A stretch of DNA of 54,551 nucleotides from Planctomycetota bacterium (GTDB lineage Bacteria > Planctomycetota > GCA-002687715 > DRQF01): contig JALTLO010000066.1 in the NCBI GenBank assembly GCA_027001995.1, positions 1-54,551 on the forward strand, in the 5' to 3' direction. Positions 19,526-28,986 of this stretch are shown here, in pieces; the stretch's first letter is position 1; each line of letters opens with the position of its first letter. The notes under the pieces are model-generated. The model saw only the letters and a program-made list of their open reading frames with translations, was not told the origin of the DNA and searched no databases. The translations under genes were made by a program, and so were the position numbers.

Positions 19526-20896
19526 ATGAAGTCAGAGTCCACATTCAGCGCCGAGAAAGTTCATTTGGTGGGCATTGGTGGCATTGGCATGTCTGCCTTG
19601 GCCCAGGTTCTTCATCAGATGGGCCGTGAAGTTTCAGGGTCTGATGCCGGTGAGGGGACTCGACTTCCCCAGTTGGCCGCCGGGGGCATTGCGGTTCACG
19701 AGGGGCATTCTATCAGCCACCTGACTCCTGGTGTTGATTGTTTGGTCAAAACCGCCGCTATCGCCGAAGGAAACCCGGAAGTTGATGAGGCTGCTCGCCG
19801 GGGAATACCGATCATTTCCTATGCCGAAGCCCTAGGAAAGGTTGCCAAAAGCTGGAATACAACCGCCGTGGCCGGGACCCATGGCAAGACGACAACCGCA
19901 GCCATGCTGACGTGGATTTTGCTGGTGGCCCACAAGAATCCGGCGGCCATCATTGGCGGTATCGTTCCTCAATTGGGAGGCAATGCCCTTTGGGGTGACG
20001 GCGGGCCCATGGTGGTTGAGGCGTGTGAATTCAACCGGTCCTTTCTCCAACTAGATCCTAATCATGGGATTATCACCAACTTGGGTGATGACCATTTGGA
20101 CTACTATGGCAGCAGTGATCATTTGCGCTCCGCCTTTCGCAATTTCGCCGGAAAAGTCGAAAAGAACGGTCTTTTGGTGACCAGTGCTTGGGTGGCCCGT
20201 GACTTAGATTTGCAAGGGGTTGTCGGTGGGCGTTTGGTCACGATTGGGGCCAAATCCACGGACGTACAAGTCTTGAAGCAGGAAGGCGCCATCGCCATCA
20301 GAATTCCGGGGTCAGGTGAAACGCCCTTCTTCAACATGCAGATGCCGGGAAATCACAACGCCTTGAATGCCGCAGCGGCAGCGGTGATTGCCAATTTCGC
20401 CTATGGCGTTGATTTGAATCAAATCGCCCAAGCTCTGGGGTCTTTCGAGGGTATCGAAAGACGTTATCGTATCCTGCGGCAGGACAAAAACGCTGTTGTG
20501 ATTGACGACTACGCCCATCACCCTGACGAAATCGAAGCCACTTTACTGACTGTCCGGGAGCAGTTTCCGGATCGGCGGTTGGTGGTGGTTTTTCAACCTC
20601 ATTTAGCCGATCGGGTTCGCAGGCACTTCAGCGGCTTCTTGAATGCACTGGCTTTTTCTGATGACCTATTCTTGGTGCGGGACTATCGGGTATTAGGGCG
20701 TGACGAGGCTGATCGGAGTGGAGCGAAGCTACTTCACGATGCCATGACCTCTCTCAGCATGCCTCATCACTTCTGCAAAGAGTTGGAATCTTGTCTTCCG
20801 ATGATTCAACAAAACCACAAGAAGAACGATGTGGTTTGTGTCATGGGTGCCGGGGATGTGGGTGGGGTGAGTCTTGAGCTGGCAAAACACCTTTAG
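19526..20896 (+). CDS. murC: UDP-N-acetylmuramate--L-alanine ligase
   Basis: GIGGIGMSALA, AGTHGKTTT, EACE, DHLDYY, DDYAHHP.EI, FQPH. Confidence 0.96.
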   Translation: MKSESTFSAEKVHLVGIGGIGMSALAQVLHQMGREVSGSDAGEGTRLPQLAAGGIAVHEGHSISHLTPGVDCLVKTAAIAEGNPEVDEAARRGIPIISYAEALGKVAKSWNTTAVAGTHGKTTTAAMLTWILLVAHKNPAAIIGGIVPQLGGNALWGDGGPMVVEACEFNRSFLQLDPNHGIITNLGDDHLDYYGSSDHLRSAFRNFAGKVEKNGLLVTSAWVARDLDLQGVVGGRLVTIGAKSTDVQVLKQEGAIAIRIPGSGETPFFNMQMPGNHNALNAAAAAVIANFAYGVDLNQIAQALGSFEGIERRYRILRQDKNAVVIDDYAHHPDEIEATLLTVREQFPDRRLVVVFQPHLADRVRRHFSGFLNALAFSDDLFLVRDYRVLGRDEADRSGAKLLHDAMTSLSMPHHFCKELESCLPMIQQNHKKNDVVCVMGAGDVGGVSLELAKHL

Positions 20897-21755
20897 AGAT
20901 ATTCTTGAGCTGGATCGCCCCCTGGCACCTTTGACGACCTTCCAGGTTGGAGGATGGGCTGCCTACTTTCTTCGTCCTCGTTCTGCCGCCGAAGTGGGGG
21001 AGGTGCTGAAGGTCCTGGCAGGGGAGGAGCAGGTGTTCCGTCTCATAGGCGGTGGGGCCAATGTTCTTGTTGAAGACGGTTGTCACCAACGTCCTTTTCT
21101 CCATTTAGATCGGCTCAGCACTGTGCAATGGCATGAGGATGGTCAACTGATTGTGGACGCTGGTTATCCGTTTTTGAAGTTGGTGAGCGAAACCGTTCGC
21201 CAAGGATGGCGCGGTCTGCAAGGTTTGGCGGGCATTCCCGGGCAGATGGGTGGCATTTGCGCCATGAACGCCGGGGGGCGTTGGGGGGAAATCAAAGATG
21301 TGATCTCCTGGGTCGAGGTGGCGACGTCCAAGGGAGAAGTCAAGCGCATGCCGCGGGAAGCCTGTGGTTTTGCTTATCGGAGTTCCCAAATCCCTGGTGT
21401 GATTACCCGTGTTTGTCTTCAATTGGACAAAGAGGGAGATCTGGGACGTTTGAAACAAGAAATGGCCGCCTGCCTCAAGGTCAAGGGGGCAAGCCAACCC
21501 CTCAAATTACCGAGCGGTGGTTGCTGTTTCGCCAATCCCCCGGGGTTGAGCGTGGGGCAAATCGTTGATGAGCTGGGCCTCAAAGGCATGCGTCATGGGA
21601 ATGCCATGATTTCGGAGATTCACGGGAATTTCATTGTGAATCTTGGCCAAGCACGTTTTGACCATGTGCTTTTCTTGATGAAGCAAATTGAGGGTGCCGT
21701 CTTGGATGCCACGGGGCATGTTCTGCGCCGGGAGCTTCAGCTCTGGCAGCGATGA
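20874..21755 (+). CDS. murB: UDP-N-acetylenolpyruvoylglucosamine reductase
   Basis: TTFQVGG.A, GIPG..GG...MNAG, F.YRSS, SGGCCFANP, HGNFIVN. Confidence 0.96.
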   Translation: MSWQNTFRDILELDRPLAPLTTFQVGGWAAYFLRPRSAAEVGEVLKVLAGEEQVFRLIGGGANVLVEDGCHQRPFLHLDRLSTVQWHEDGQLIVDAGYPFLKLVSETVRQGWRGLQGLAGIPGQMGGICAMNAGGRWGEIKDVISWVEVATSKGEVKRMPREACGFAYRSSQIPGVITRVCLQLDKEGDLGRLKQEMAACLKVKGASQPLKLPSGGCCFANPPGLSVGQIVDELGLKGMRHGNAMISEIHGNFIVNLGQARFDHVLFLMKQIEGAVLDATGHVLRRELQLWQR

Positions 21756-21975
21756 TGCACCCTTCTTGCGGTTGTGCAGAGGGAACTCTCAGAAATCGAA
21801 AATTTCTGCCAAAGCCCTATCAGTTGGCCTATGAGCCGCTTCAAGCCGCTGCGAGAGGTTTGATTCTGTCTCCGTCCCCTGGGCATTTGTCATCTGTGTC
21901 CCCAGTGGGATTTACAGTTATCGGACCGGACCGCGGGGGTCCGAAGCGCAAGTTTTCAGTTGAAAGGAATCTATC

Positions 21976-22218
21976 ATGGACGCCGGAAAATACATTGATC
22001 GTCGTTTGCACCCTGTTCGCGTAGCAATCGGCCTTTTGAACCACGAACTTGAACTCGCCGGTGGTGAATCTGTTGTCACGATTGACAAAGAGACTCTCCG
22101 CAGCATCGTTGAAACATCACAGCTCTTTGTGGAAGATTTTGACCGTAGCCTTGGCAAACTCAAAGAAAAGACCGCCAAGCACTTCATGAGCTCAGCTGCA
22201 TCAACCAAGGTTGGCTAA
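21976..22218 (+). CDS. Small hypothetical protein (80 aa) inside the dcw cluster
   Basis: Strong RBS AAAGGA, typical codon usage, amphipathic helices; no family recognised. Confidence 0.75.
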   Translation: MDAGKYIDRRLHPVRVAIGLLNHELELAGGESVVTIDKETLRSIVETSQLFVEDFDRSLGKLKEKTAKHFMSSAASTKVG

Positions 22219-22243
22219 ACCCCTTGACTGATTGACAGCTTGC

Positions 22244-22410
22244 GCCAAGAACCCCAGCGTTCGAATTCGGTATGATTCCTTGATGAATCCGATTTGAGCG
22301 CTGCGGTTCGGCCCAAGATGAAGCGTCAAACTTCCCATCTGCAGCAAAAATTTTCGCTCCGCGGTGCCGCGCCGTGTTAGGATTTCTCTGAGCTTCGAAG
22401 AGTGGAGCGA
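22244..22410 (+). other. Two stem-loops in the intergenic region before ftsQ
   Basis: GAACC-CCAGCGTTCGAATTCGG...CCGATTTGAGCGCTG-CGGTTC (22249-22309) and TCGCTCCGC...GTGGAGCGA (22354-22410). Confidence 0.4.
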
Positions 22411-22422
22411 CGGGGATGCGGA

Positions 22423-23340
22423 ATGGCTGCGAAGACAAGCAAGAAAAAGAAGAATGAAGAGGTGCCATCGACAGTTGGCGAAGGCCTGTTCGTTCTTTTG
22501 TTTTTGCCTTGCCTCCTTGTCATTTGTATTTTCCTCTTCGATTCTCAAGGGAATGATGATCGTTATCTGGTTGACTTATCCAGAACGACTCCCCATATTC
22601 CAGAGGGCATGCCCGGCGCTCTTGAAGTCAGTCATGAGTTTGACCATCTCACTAAGAACGAGCAGTCCATCAGTATTTTCGATACCAACCTGGGATCTGT
22701 GGTCCGACAAGTATATGAGAGCAGCCCCTTTGTTCGCCGGGTCACTACCGTACGTCGCCAATTCCCAGGTGGGCTCGAAGTGGAAGTTGAATTTCGCCAA
22801 CCCTATGCTGCGGTCGAGGTAGAAGGTCGTTATATTTTGGTCGATCAATATGGTGAGCTCTTACCCTACAAAATTGCCAAGGAAGACTTGGTTCCGCCCA
22901 TTATCACCATTCACCCTGAGAGCGACCTCGCAATTGATCCCGGGAAGTATGAGGAAAAGTGGTTACTCCAAGCTATTGCTGAGGGTATTCAGATTCTCAA
23001 AGATATGGCTCCCTACCAATCTGATCCTTTGTTTCGTGATATCACCATCCTTGCCATCGACGTGTCGAACCACGGAGGGCGTCTGCGCCGAGATCGCCCA
23101 GAGATTTCTTTGGTGAGTGATCGCACATGGTTTGATCCAAAATCTCAGAAACAAAGACCCACCATGCTCGCCTGGGGGCGAAGCACTCAACACCCGCAAA
23201 ATCTGATCGAACTCAGCGTCAAGAACAAGATTGAGCACCTACGGCAAGTTCAGCACGCTCGACCCAAAGGGATTGCAGGTCTGCGCCGGGTCGATCTTCG
23301 ATTCGACAAGGTATACTTTGTCGAAAACCAAGAACGCTGA
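22423..23340 (+). CDS. ftsQ: Cell division protein FtsQ/DivIB-like
   Basis: Basic N-terminus, TM, POTRA-like SPFVRRV..VRRQFPGGLEVEVEFRQP, YILVD..G.LL, C-terminal VDLRFD. Confidence 0.8.
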   Translation: MAAKTSKKKKNEEVPSTVGEGLFVLLFLPCLLVICIFLFDSQGNDDRYLVDLSRTTPHIPEGMPGALEVSHEFDHLTKNEQSISIFDTNLGSVVRQVYESSPFVRRVTTVRRQFPGGLEVEVEFRQPYAAVEVEGRYILVDQYGELLPYKIAKEDLVPPIITIHPESDLAIDPGKYEEKWLLQAIAEGIQILKDMAPYQSDPLFRDITILAIDVSNHGGRLRRDRPEISLVSDRTWFDPKSQKQRPTMLAWGRSTQHPQNLIELSVKNKIEHLRQVQHARPKGIAGLRRVDLRFDKVYFVENQER

Positions 23341-23411
23341 GACGTTTCCTCCGTTATCAAAGCAGATCCTTCCGTCTTCTTTTCTTCTTGAATGAGGGCT
23401 AAGATCCTTCC

Positions 23412-25667
23412 GTGATGAATCCTGCTGAAAATGTTGATCTTCCTGTGAGTCCAGTGAACCGCCGAATTACTTGGTTGATTCTTGGTTTTGCAGCTCTGAG
23501 CTTGGGTGCCAGTGTTTTGCCACTCATGCCTAGTGTTAGTTCGTTCTTGCCCTTTGGGTTGATGGACCGCAGGGGGGCAATGGCCCTCTATTCAGTTTTT
23601 CTCGTGATGTACATGGCCTTGGTTTTTCCGACAACCTTGCTCCCACCGCTTTCACCTGCAACTGGAGAAAGGCGCAAGCAAAGGGCCATGGCTTGGTGGT
23701 GGGTGGGGTTCTTCATGTTGGCTTTCTCCGGGGTGCCTCTCTTCGTATTGGCTTACATTGCCGGTGTGAGCTTCAAGGGGGTTGTCGCTGTCTTGCTGTG
23801 GGCCGGGGTTTTCCATGGTATGGCCACTTTCTGGACCTGCGTCTTTGGCTTTAGATCCCGACCGATTCTCGTGGCGCTCAATTTCTTGATTGTTGGTGTT
23901 ATTCCTCTTTTGTCCCATTTCGGCACCTTGCTGGGGGGAAAAGATGCCCTGAATTCACCGATCACCCTCATTCTAGGAATGACCCGCCACTTTGCCGAGC
24001 CCGAGCTGTTCTTGCCGGGGGGGCTCTGTTTTGGCATCTACGGCGGGCTCTGGGCCCTGTGCTTCTTGAGCAAAAGCCGTGTTGCTCTTTCTTTGCTTTT
24101 CGTTGTGGCCTCGGTTTTCTCTTTCGGGTTTTCCGGCCCGAACACCGGGGCCGTCCTCAGGGAAGACTCGCAGCAGAAATCTTCCCCCATGGTTCGTTCG
24201 ATTACCCAAGGACGCCATGTGGCGGGACGTGTCTTTCCTCTCGAGGTTTCTGCGAAGCCCGGAGAGGTTGTGAAGATTTCAGTAGGTGGGGGCACAGAGA
24301 TCACTTGGTCGCCGAAGAATGGCAGCCCCTCTTCACTATGGTTTTATCCAACAATTGAGTCCAACGCTGATCCTGTTTGCGTGAACGTCGATGGCCTTGA
24401 TCTGGCACGAATTAAGTTGGACGCCGTTTCCCCCCGACAAAGTCTCGTTTTGTTCTTTGACATTCCCAAAGTGGGATCAGGCCCATCCTGGGTTGGCATT
24501 CCTTTCTTGTCTCCAAGACCATTTTTGTCTCCCTTAGGTTACGACCCTTTTGGTGGCGTTGTCTTGACGGAAGAGCGCTATCTTCAGTTCTCTGTGGAAG
24601 AGCGGGCTGTTCTTCGAACTTGGGCGGAGACCGGTGGGCACTTGGTCATTCTGGGCGCGAAGGACCCTGGTGGTTCAACTTTGGGACAAGGACGGGTTCT
24701 GCGCCGTCGGGAAATGACCCTCCCAAATGACTTCAGCCCCCAACTTCGGAGTCGACATGTCAACGAATCAAATCTCTATTCGAGCTTTGCCCTGCCAGAT
24801 TGGGGGAAAGTCGATCTGACCCGTTTGCTCCTGTTTCTGGGCATCTATCACGCTGTTTTCTATGTCATCTTCTTGCTGCCCCTGATTTTCGACGCGAAAA
24901 AGTCGTTGGCTGTCTATTTGGTGTCTGTTGCATTTGTCCTGACTCTGGTTGTGGTGGGGTCTTACTACACCCTCAAGCGGGTTTTCTTGGCAGACAATCA
25001 AGTGCTGCAACAGAATCTGTGTACTTGGCGTGGGGCTCTGGATGAGGAAGGGGGGCTGACTTTGTTCCAAGAGACCTGTTTTGCCTCATTCAATGGCAGC
25101 CCCAGCGATCTTACCTTCCAAAGAGCTCATTCTCCCCGCTTGGTACCTGTCCCGGGCGTGGGCCTCCATTGCAAACAGTACGTGACGCCTTCTGGGGAGC
25201 AGATCACCGTCTCTGGGTTCATTCTTGATCGTTTCGCTGGCAAGCAGGTGGTGAAAATGGGGCAGCAATGGAAGTTACCCTTCACCGTCCAAATCCAGGG
25301 GCGAACAGTGAGTTTACGCCCTCGGCCCGGGGTCAAAGATGAATCGGGTCTTCTGACTGCCGAGCGTCTCGCGGCCTTCTATCGCCAAGGTGGGCAACTC
25401 TACGGCGCTGAACTGCGGGGACAGAGGATTCAGGTGGCGAAAACCCCAGATTCATTGATCTGGCAAGGGGTGCTCCCCGAGAATTTGCGGGAGGCAGGAA
25501 TCTTGCCATTTCTTCGCTATGGCCTCGGAAGACACACACATCGGGACGAGAATGTGCTGGTTATTCTCATGGAGGGTGCCAATAGCCTCCATGATGGCTC
25601 TGATTATCTGTCTCGGCGTGACTTGTTGCAGATGCTTGTGATTCCTGTTGACCTTTCGATGAAGTGA
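23412..25667 (+). CDS. Large hypothetical membrane protein (multi-TM N-terminus, soluble domain possibly GATase-like, TM hairpin)
   Basis: About 7 TM segments, then YD...GVVL...LRTWAETGGHLVIL, two further TMs. Confidence 0.65.
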   Translation: MMNPAENVDLPVSPVNRRITWLILGFAALSLGASVLPLMPSVSSFLPFGLMDRRGAMALYSVFLVMYMALVFPTTLLPPLSPATGERRKQRAMAWWWVGFFMLAFSGVPLFVLAYIAGVSFKGVVAVLLWAGVFHGMATFWTCVFGFRSRPILVALNFLIVGVIPLLSHFGTLLGGKDALNSPITLILGMTRHFAEPELFLPGGLCFGIYGGLWALCFLSKSRVALSLLFVVASVFSFGFSGPNTGAVLREDSQQKSSPMVRSITQGRHVAGRVFPLEVSAKPGEVVKISVGGGTEITWSPKNGSPSSLWFYPTIESNADPVCVNVDGLDLARIKLDAVSPRQSLVLFFDIPKVGSGPSWVGIPFLSPRPFLSPLGYDPFGGVVLTEERYLQFSVEERAVLRTWAETGGHLVILGAKDPGGSTLGQGRVLRRREMTLPNDFSPQLRSRHVNESNLYSSFALPDWGKVDLTRLLLFLGIYHAVFYVIFLLPLIFDAKKSLAVYLVSVAFVLTLVVVGSYYTLKRVFLADNQVLQQNLCTWRGALDEEGGLTLFQETCFASFNGSPSDLTFQRAHSPRLVPVPGVGLHCKQYVTPSGEQITVSGFILDRFAGKQVVKMGQQWKLPFTVQIQGRTVSLRPRPGVKDESGLLTAERLAAFYRQGGQLYGAELRGQRIQVAKTPDSLIWQGVLPENLREAGILPFLRYGLGRHTHRDENVLVILMEGANSLHDGSDYLSRRDLLQMLVIPVDLSMK

Positions 25668-25801
25668 CATGAGTGCTTGTATAGTAACGACTTAGGTTCC
25701 TTGTGTGGCGAAGCCCTGGGGGCGCCTGAGGCCAGGAAGCACGTTTGAAAGCCAATTTTTGGCGATAAATCTCACGAACTTCTATGACTTCAAATCTCCC
25801 A

Positions 25802-25829
25802 TTGAAGCTCAACTCGACCCTGCTATCAT
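25802..25829 (+). promoter_or_regulatory. Putative sigma70 promoter of rplM-rpsI
   Basis: TTGAAG-N16-TATCAT with extended -10 TG. Confidence 0.5.
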
Positions 25830-25895
25830 CCTCGTCCCATCAACGGCGAAGGTACGTCTGCAGATGGTGAAGTGTATTTCCAGGAAAGACCTGCG

Positions 25896-26324
25896 ATGAA
25901 GACCTATATGGCAAAAGAGCATGAGCTCGAACGTGAGTGGCTGATCGTTGATGCTTCAACGATGCCCCTTGGTCGTTTAGCAGCTAAGATTGCTCGCATT
26001 CTCATGGGCAAGCATAAGCCTACTTACACTCCACACACCGACACCGGTGACTTTGTGGTCGTGACAAACGCATCTAAGACTGTCTTGACGGGCAAGAAGG
26101 CCGAAACAAAGGTCTACCGTCATCACACCCAATGGGTGGGTGGTCTTAAGGAAATCGCGTACAGCCAGATGCTCGAAAGACATCCGGACCGCGTGATTCG
26201 CCTTGCTGTCCGCCGCATGCTGCCCAAGACGGTTATGGGGCAAAAAATGCTGACAAAATTGAAGGTCTACGGCGGCGACGAGCATCCGCACGAGGCGCAA
26301 CAGCCAAAGCCGCTGACTTTCTAA
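25896..26324 (+). CDS. rplM: 50S ribosomal protein L13
   Basis: MKTYMAK, W.IVDA, LGRLA, GKHKP.YTPH.DTGD, HPHEAQQP. Confidence 0.99.
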   Translation: MKTYMAKEHELEREWLIVDASTMPLGRLAAKIARILMGKHKPTYTPHTDTGDFVVVTNASKTVLTGKKAETKVYRHHTQWVGGLKEIAYSQMLERHPDRVIRLAVRRMLPKTVMGQKMLTKLKVYGGDEHPHEAQQPKPLTF

Positions 26325-26351
26325 CGCTCGATCAATAGGGGAGAATCGATC

Positions 26352-26750
26352 ATGGCGATCGACACTACATTTGACTGGGGAACAGGACGACGCAAGTCAT
26401 CCGTTGCCCGTGTTCGTATCAAGCCAGGCACTGGAACATTCCGTGTGAACAAGAAGGATCTGAGGGAGTATTTTCCTCGGGCCGATCACCAAAGAGAATG
26501 CAGTGGTCCACTCATTGACACCGAGTTGATGGGCAAGTTTGATATTTTTGTCAACGTCAATGGTGGCGGAATCAGCGGTCAAGCTGGGGCCGTTCGTTTG
26601 GGATTGGCCAGAGCTTTGGTCAAGGTCGACGAAACCAACATGGCAGAGCTTAAATCGAACGGGCATGTGACTCGTGACCCACGAATGAAAGAGCGTAAAA
26701 AATACGGTCTTCGTGGTGCTCGCCGAGCATTCCAGTTCTCGAAGCGCTAA
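26352..26750 (+). CDS. rpsI: 30S ribosomal protein S9
   Basis: GTGRRKSSVARV, GGG.SGQAGA, ERKKYG, QFSKR. Confidence 0.99.
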   Translation: MAIDTTFDWGTGRRKSSVARVRIKPGTGTFRVNKKDLREYFPRADHQRECSGPLIDTELMGKFDIFVNVNGGGISGQAGAVRLGLARALVKVDETNMAELKSNGHVTRDPRMKERKKYGLRGARRAFQFSKR

Positions 26751-26775
26751 ACCCAGGCCCTTCAAATCGAAATCG

Positions 26776-26810
26776 AAAGAGCGCTCCAACATCAGGTTGG
26801 GGCGCTTTTT
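26776..26810 (+). terminator. Intrinsic terminator after rpsI (likely bidirectional)
   Basis: AAAGAGCGCTCCAAC-ATCAG-GTTGGGGCGCTTTTT. Confidence 0.8.
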
Positions 26811-26897
26811 CCAATTGTGCGGGGCTTCCGGGTACTCCTGTTCCTGTGCCCGTCTATTTCACGTTTTGGAGCCAGGGTGGAGTTCTTGGCTTTCGAG

Positions 26898-28853
26898 CTA
26901 ATCTTGGGGTTTGCCACTTGGGAATTGGCGGTTAAAGGTGCGATAGTCCATGACCTGGTAGCCCCGTCTTTGAACTGCCATGAAACTCTCTTCGTTAGCT
27001 CTATGGCAGACAACAATTTTGGGCTCCAAGTGCCCCGTTAGAAGTAGGGTTGCGTCAACATCTGCACCCCCTTGGGGTAAAATGAGAATGTCAACCGGTT
27101 GTTTGTTCCACCGACAATACGTTAGGCATGATTCGAAGCTCATGGAACCGAAATTGATGAAGGTGGCTCCGCCCCAGAGCCCCTTGGCCAAGATGCCCTG
27201 AGATTGAAGGACCTCCATGTGGTAAGAGGTGCTTGTATCTCCTGCCACAAAGAAATCTTCTAAGCCCGGCTTCCATGAGCCCTCTGCCTTGAGTTGGGAA
27301 ACCTCTTCCCCAAAAGCTATGTCAAAGCGCTGGGGATTCTTGGTGAATCTTAGTTGGGGTTCTTCTTTGACTGTCCTAGTTGAAAAGAGCAAGAAAAAAA
27401 CGGCTATCCAAGCGATCATTTGGCTCTTCAGCTGAGATTGTTCTCTTTGATGCCAAGCAAGAACTAACCCGACTAAGAATGGGATGTAGGCCCAAACTGG
27501 GGGCTTTGAGGTCTCGATATGACCAAAGTTCACCTGGCTTGCCCCCTCCATGGAGATCAGCATGGTTTCACATAACCAATTGAGGATGAATGTGGGAAGT
27601 GAAACAAAGAGCTCGAGTAAGCCTGCGATGAGGGTGATTGTCAAGAGTGGCAGGATGGCAAGATTCGACAGAAGGGCGATGGGGGTGAAGGTGCCGAAGT
27701 GAAACAAAGTAAAAGGGGCTGTGGCCACAATGGCAGCGGAGGTGAGAATAATGCCGTCGATGAGTTTGCGCCCATGGCCGGCTTTCTTCTTGCGAATGAG
27801 AAAAGCTTTCAAAGCTGTTCTTGTTTTTCGTCCCTGGTGGCGAGGTCCGAGCCAAAGTATCCCTGCGACGGCGGCGAATGACAGTTGAAAAGAAATACTG
27901 CGAGCGAGTTGGGGAACTCGAAGGAGTTCGAAGGTCGCCACAATGAGAAGGCACCATCCAGAGTGAACCGGTCGTCTCGTTGTTTTTGCCAAGGTGAAGA
28001 GGGCAAAGCCGAGGAGCGCTCGTGTCATAGGCGGTTTGAATCCTGTGAGAATAGCAAACCCGGTCGCTCCCATGAGGGTTGCTAGGCCCAACCATGGGTC
28101 GCGCAATCCAGCCATTTTCAGCAAGAAGCTGAGAACGCCGCAGATGAGAATAAGGTGGAGCCCGCTGACGGCGAAAAGATGGGATACCCCAGCTTGGCGA
28201 ATCGTTTCGGTCTCTTCCGGTCGTAGATTTTTTCTTCCCAGAACAAGAGACTGGATAACTCGAGAGGGAAAACCCTGGTAGCGAGATTCAACACGGGTGC
28301 GCAAACGACGGCGCCATTCTGCTCCGATTCTTCCTGGATCAAGGGAGTTCTGAGCCCCGAAGGCCAAGAATCGCGATCTTAAATTCCACTTTGAGTTCTT
28401 GTATTCGAGCCAGCCGAAGACCCGCACTTGATCGCCGACTTCTAGATTTTCGTCGCCCCGAATTGTCGCTGAAATCCGGGGAATCGAGGTGTCTTGCCCT
28501 GCGATATGCCCGCGGGTGAGCAGCCATTTTCGCTTGTCTTGGTTTTCTTGGCGTATTCCGGGGAAGGTATAGAATGCCGAAAGTTCTCCTTCCACAGTGA
28601 CAAAGGCTCCGGCGAAAGATGGGATTGTTGGGGGGCGCGTTGGCGCCCCCCAAACAAAACCCAAGAGGCAGGAGCCTAGCGCCAGAGAGCCAGGAGGGGA
28701 GGCGCATGGGACGAAGCACTCGATGGCTCGGAATAGGAGGTATAAGCCAAGGAGCAAAATTGGGAGCAGTTCTTTGCGGGTGCCCCAAGAACATTGAGAC
28801 GACAACAGGCTGATGAGCAAGAATGGAATTGTGGCTGTGACACGCCTTACCAT
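26898..28853 (-). CDS. comEC: ComEC/Rec2 competence protein
   Basis: G.SHLFAVSGLH, RA, SFQLSF.AV, P....HFG, LSNL; OB-like region before the competence domain. Confidence 0.88.
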   Translation of the reverse strand: MVRRVTATIPFLLISLLSSQCSWGTRKELLPILLLGLYLLFRAIECFVPCASPPGSLALGSCLLGFVWGAPTRPPTIPSFAGAFVTVEGELSAFYTFPGIRQENQDKRKWLLTRGHIAGQDTSIPRISATIRGDENLEVGDQVRVFGWLEYKNSKWNLRSRFLAFGAQNSLDPGRIGAEWRRRLRTRVESRYQGFPSRVIQSLVLGRKNLRPEETETIRQAGVSHLFAVSGLHLILICGVLSFLLKMAGLRDPWLGLATLMGATGFAILTGFKPPMTRALLGFALFTLAKTTRRPVHSGWCLLIVATFELLRVPQLARSISFQLSFAAVAGILWLGPRHQGRKTRTALKAFLIRKKKAGHGRKLIDGIILTSAAIVATAPFTLFHFGTFTPIALLSNLAILPLLTITLIAGLLELFVSLPTFILNWLCETMLISMEGASQVNFGHIETSKPPVWAYIPFLVGLVLAWHQREQSQLKSQMIAWIAVFFLLFSTRTVKEEPQLRFTKNPQRFDIAFGEEVSQLKAEGSWKPGLEDFFVAGDTSTSYHMEVLQSQGILAKGLWGGATFINFGSMSFESCLTYCRWNKQPVDILILPQGGADVDATLLLTGHLEPKIVVCHRANEESFMAVQRRGYQVMDYRTFNRQFPSGKPQD

Positions 28854-28986
28854 GATTGTTCCTGCTCGAATCCTTTGTCTTGCAATGCCCTCAGGCCTGA
28901 AGGGATCAGGTCAGAACACAACTGCAAGAATAGACGTCAGGTTATGACAACCTGGACCAAGGAAATTTGGGAAGTTCTTTTGCGGG

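Noticed and set aside
21752-22024. 90-aa ORF overlapping the murB stop
   Set aside because: Overlaps the better-supported 21976-22218 ORF and has atypical composition
23364-23413. Direct repeat AGATCCTTCCGT (23364 and 23402)
   Set aside because: Only 12 bp with no element between the copies; insufficient for a target-site or operator call
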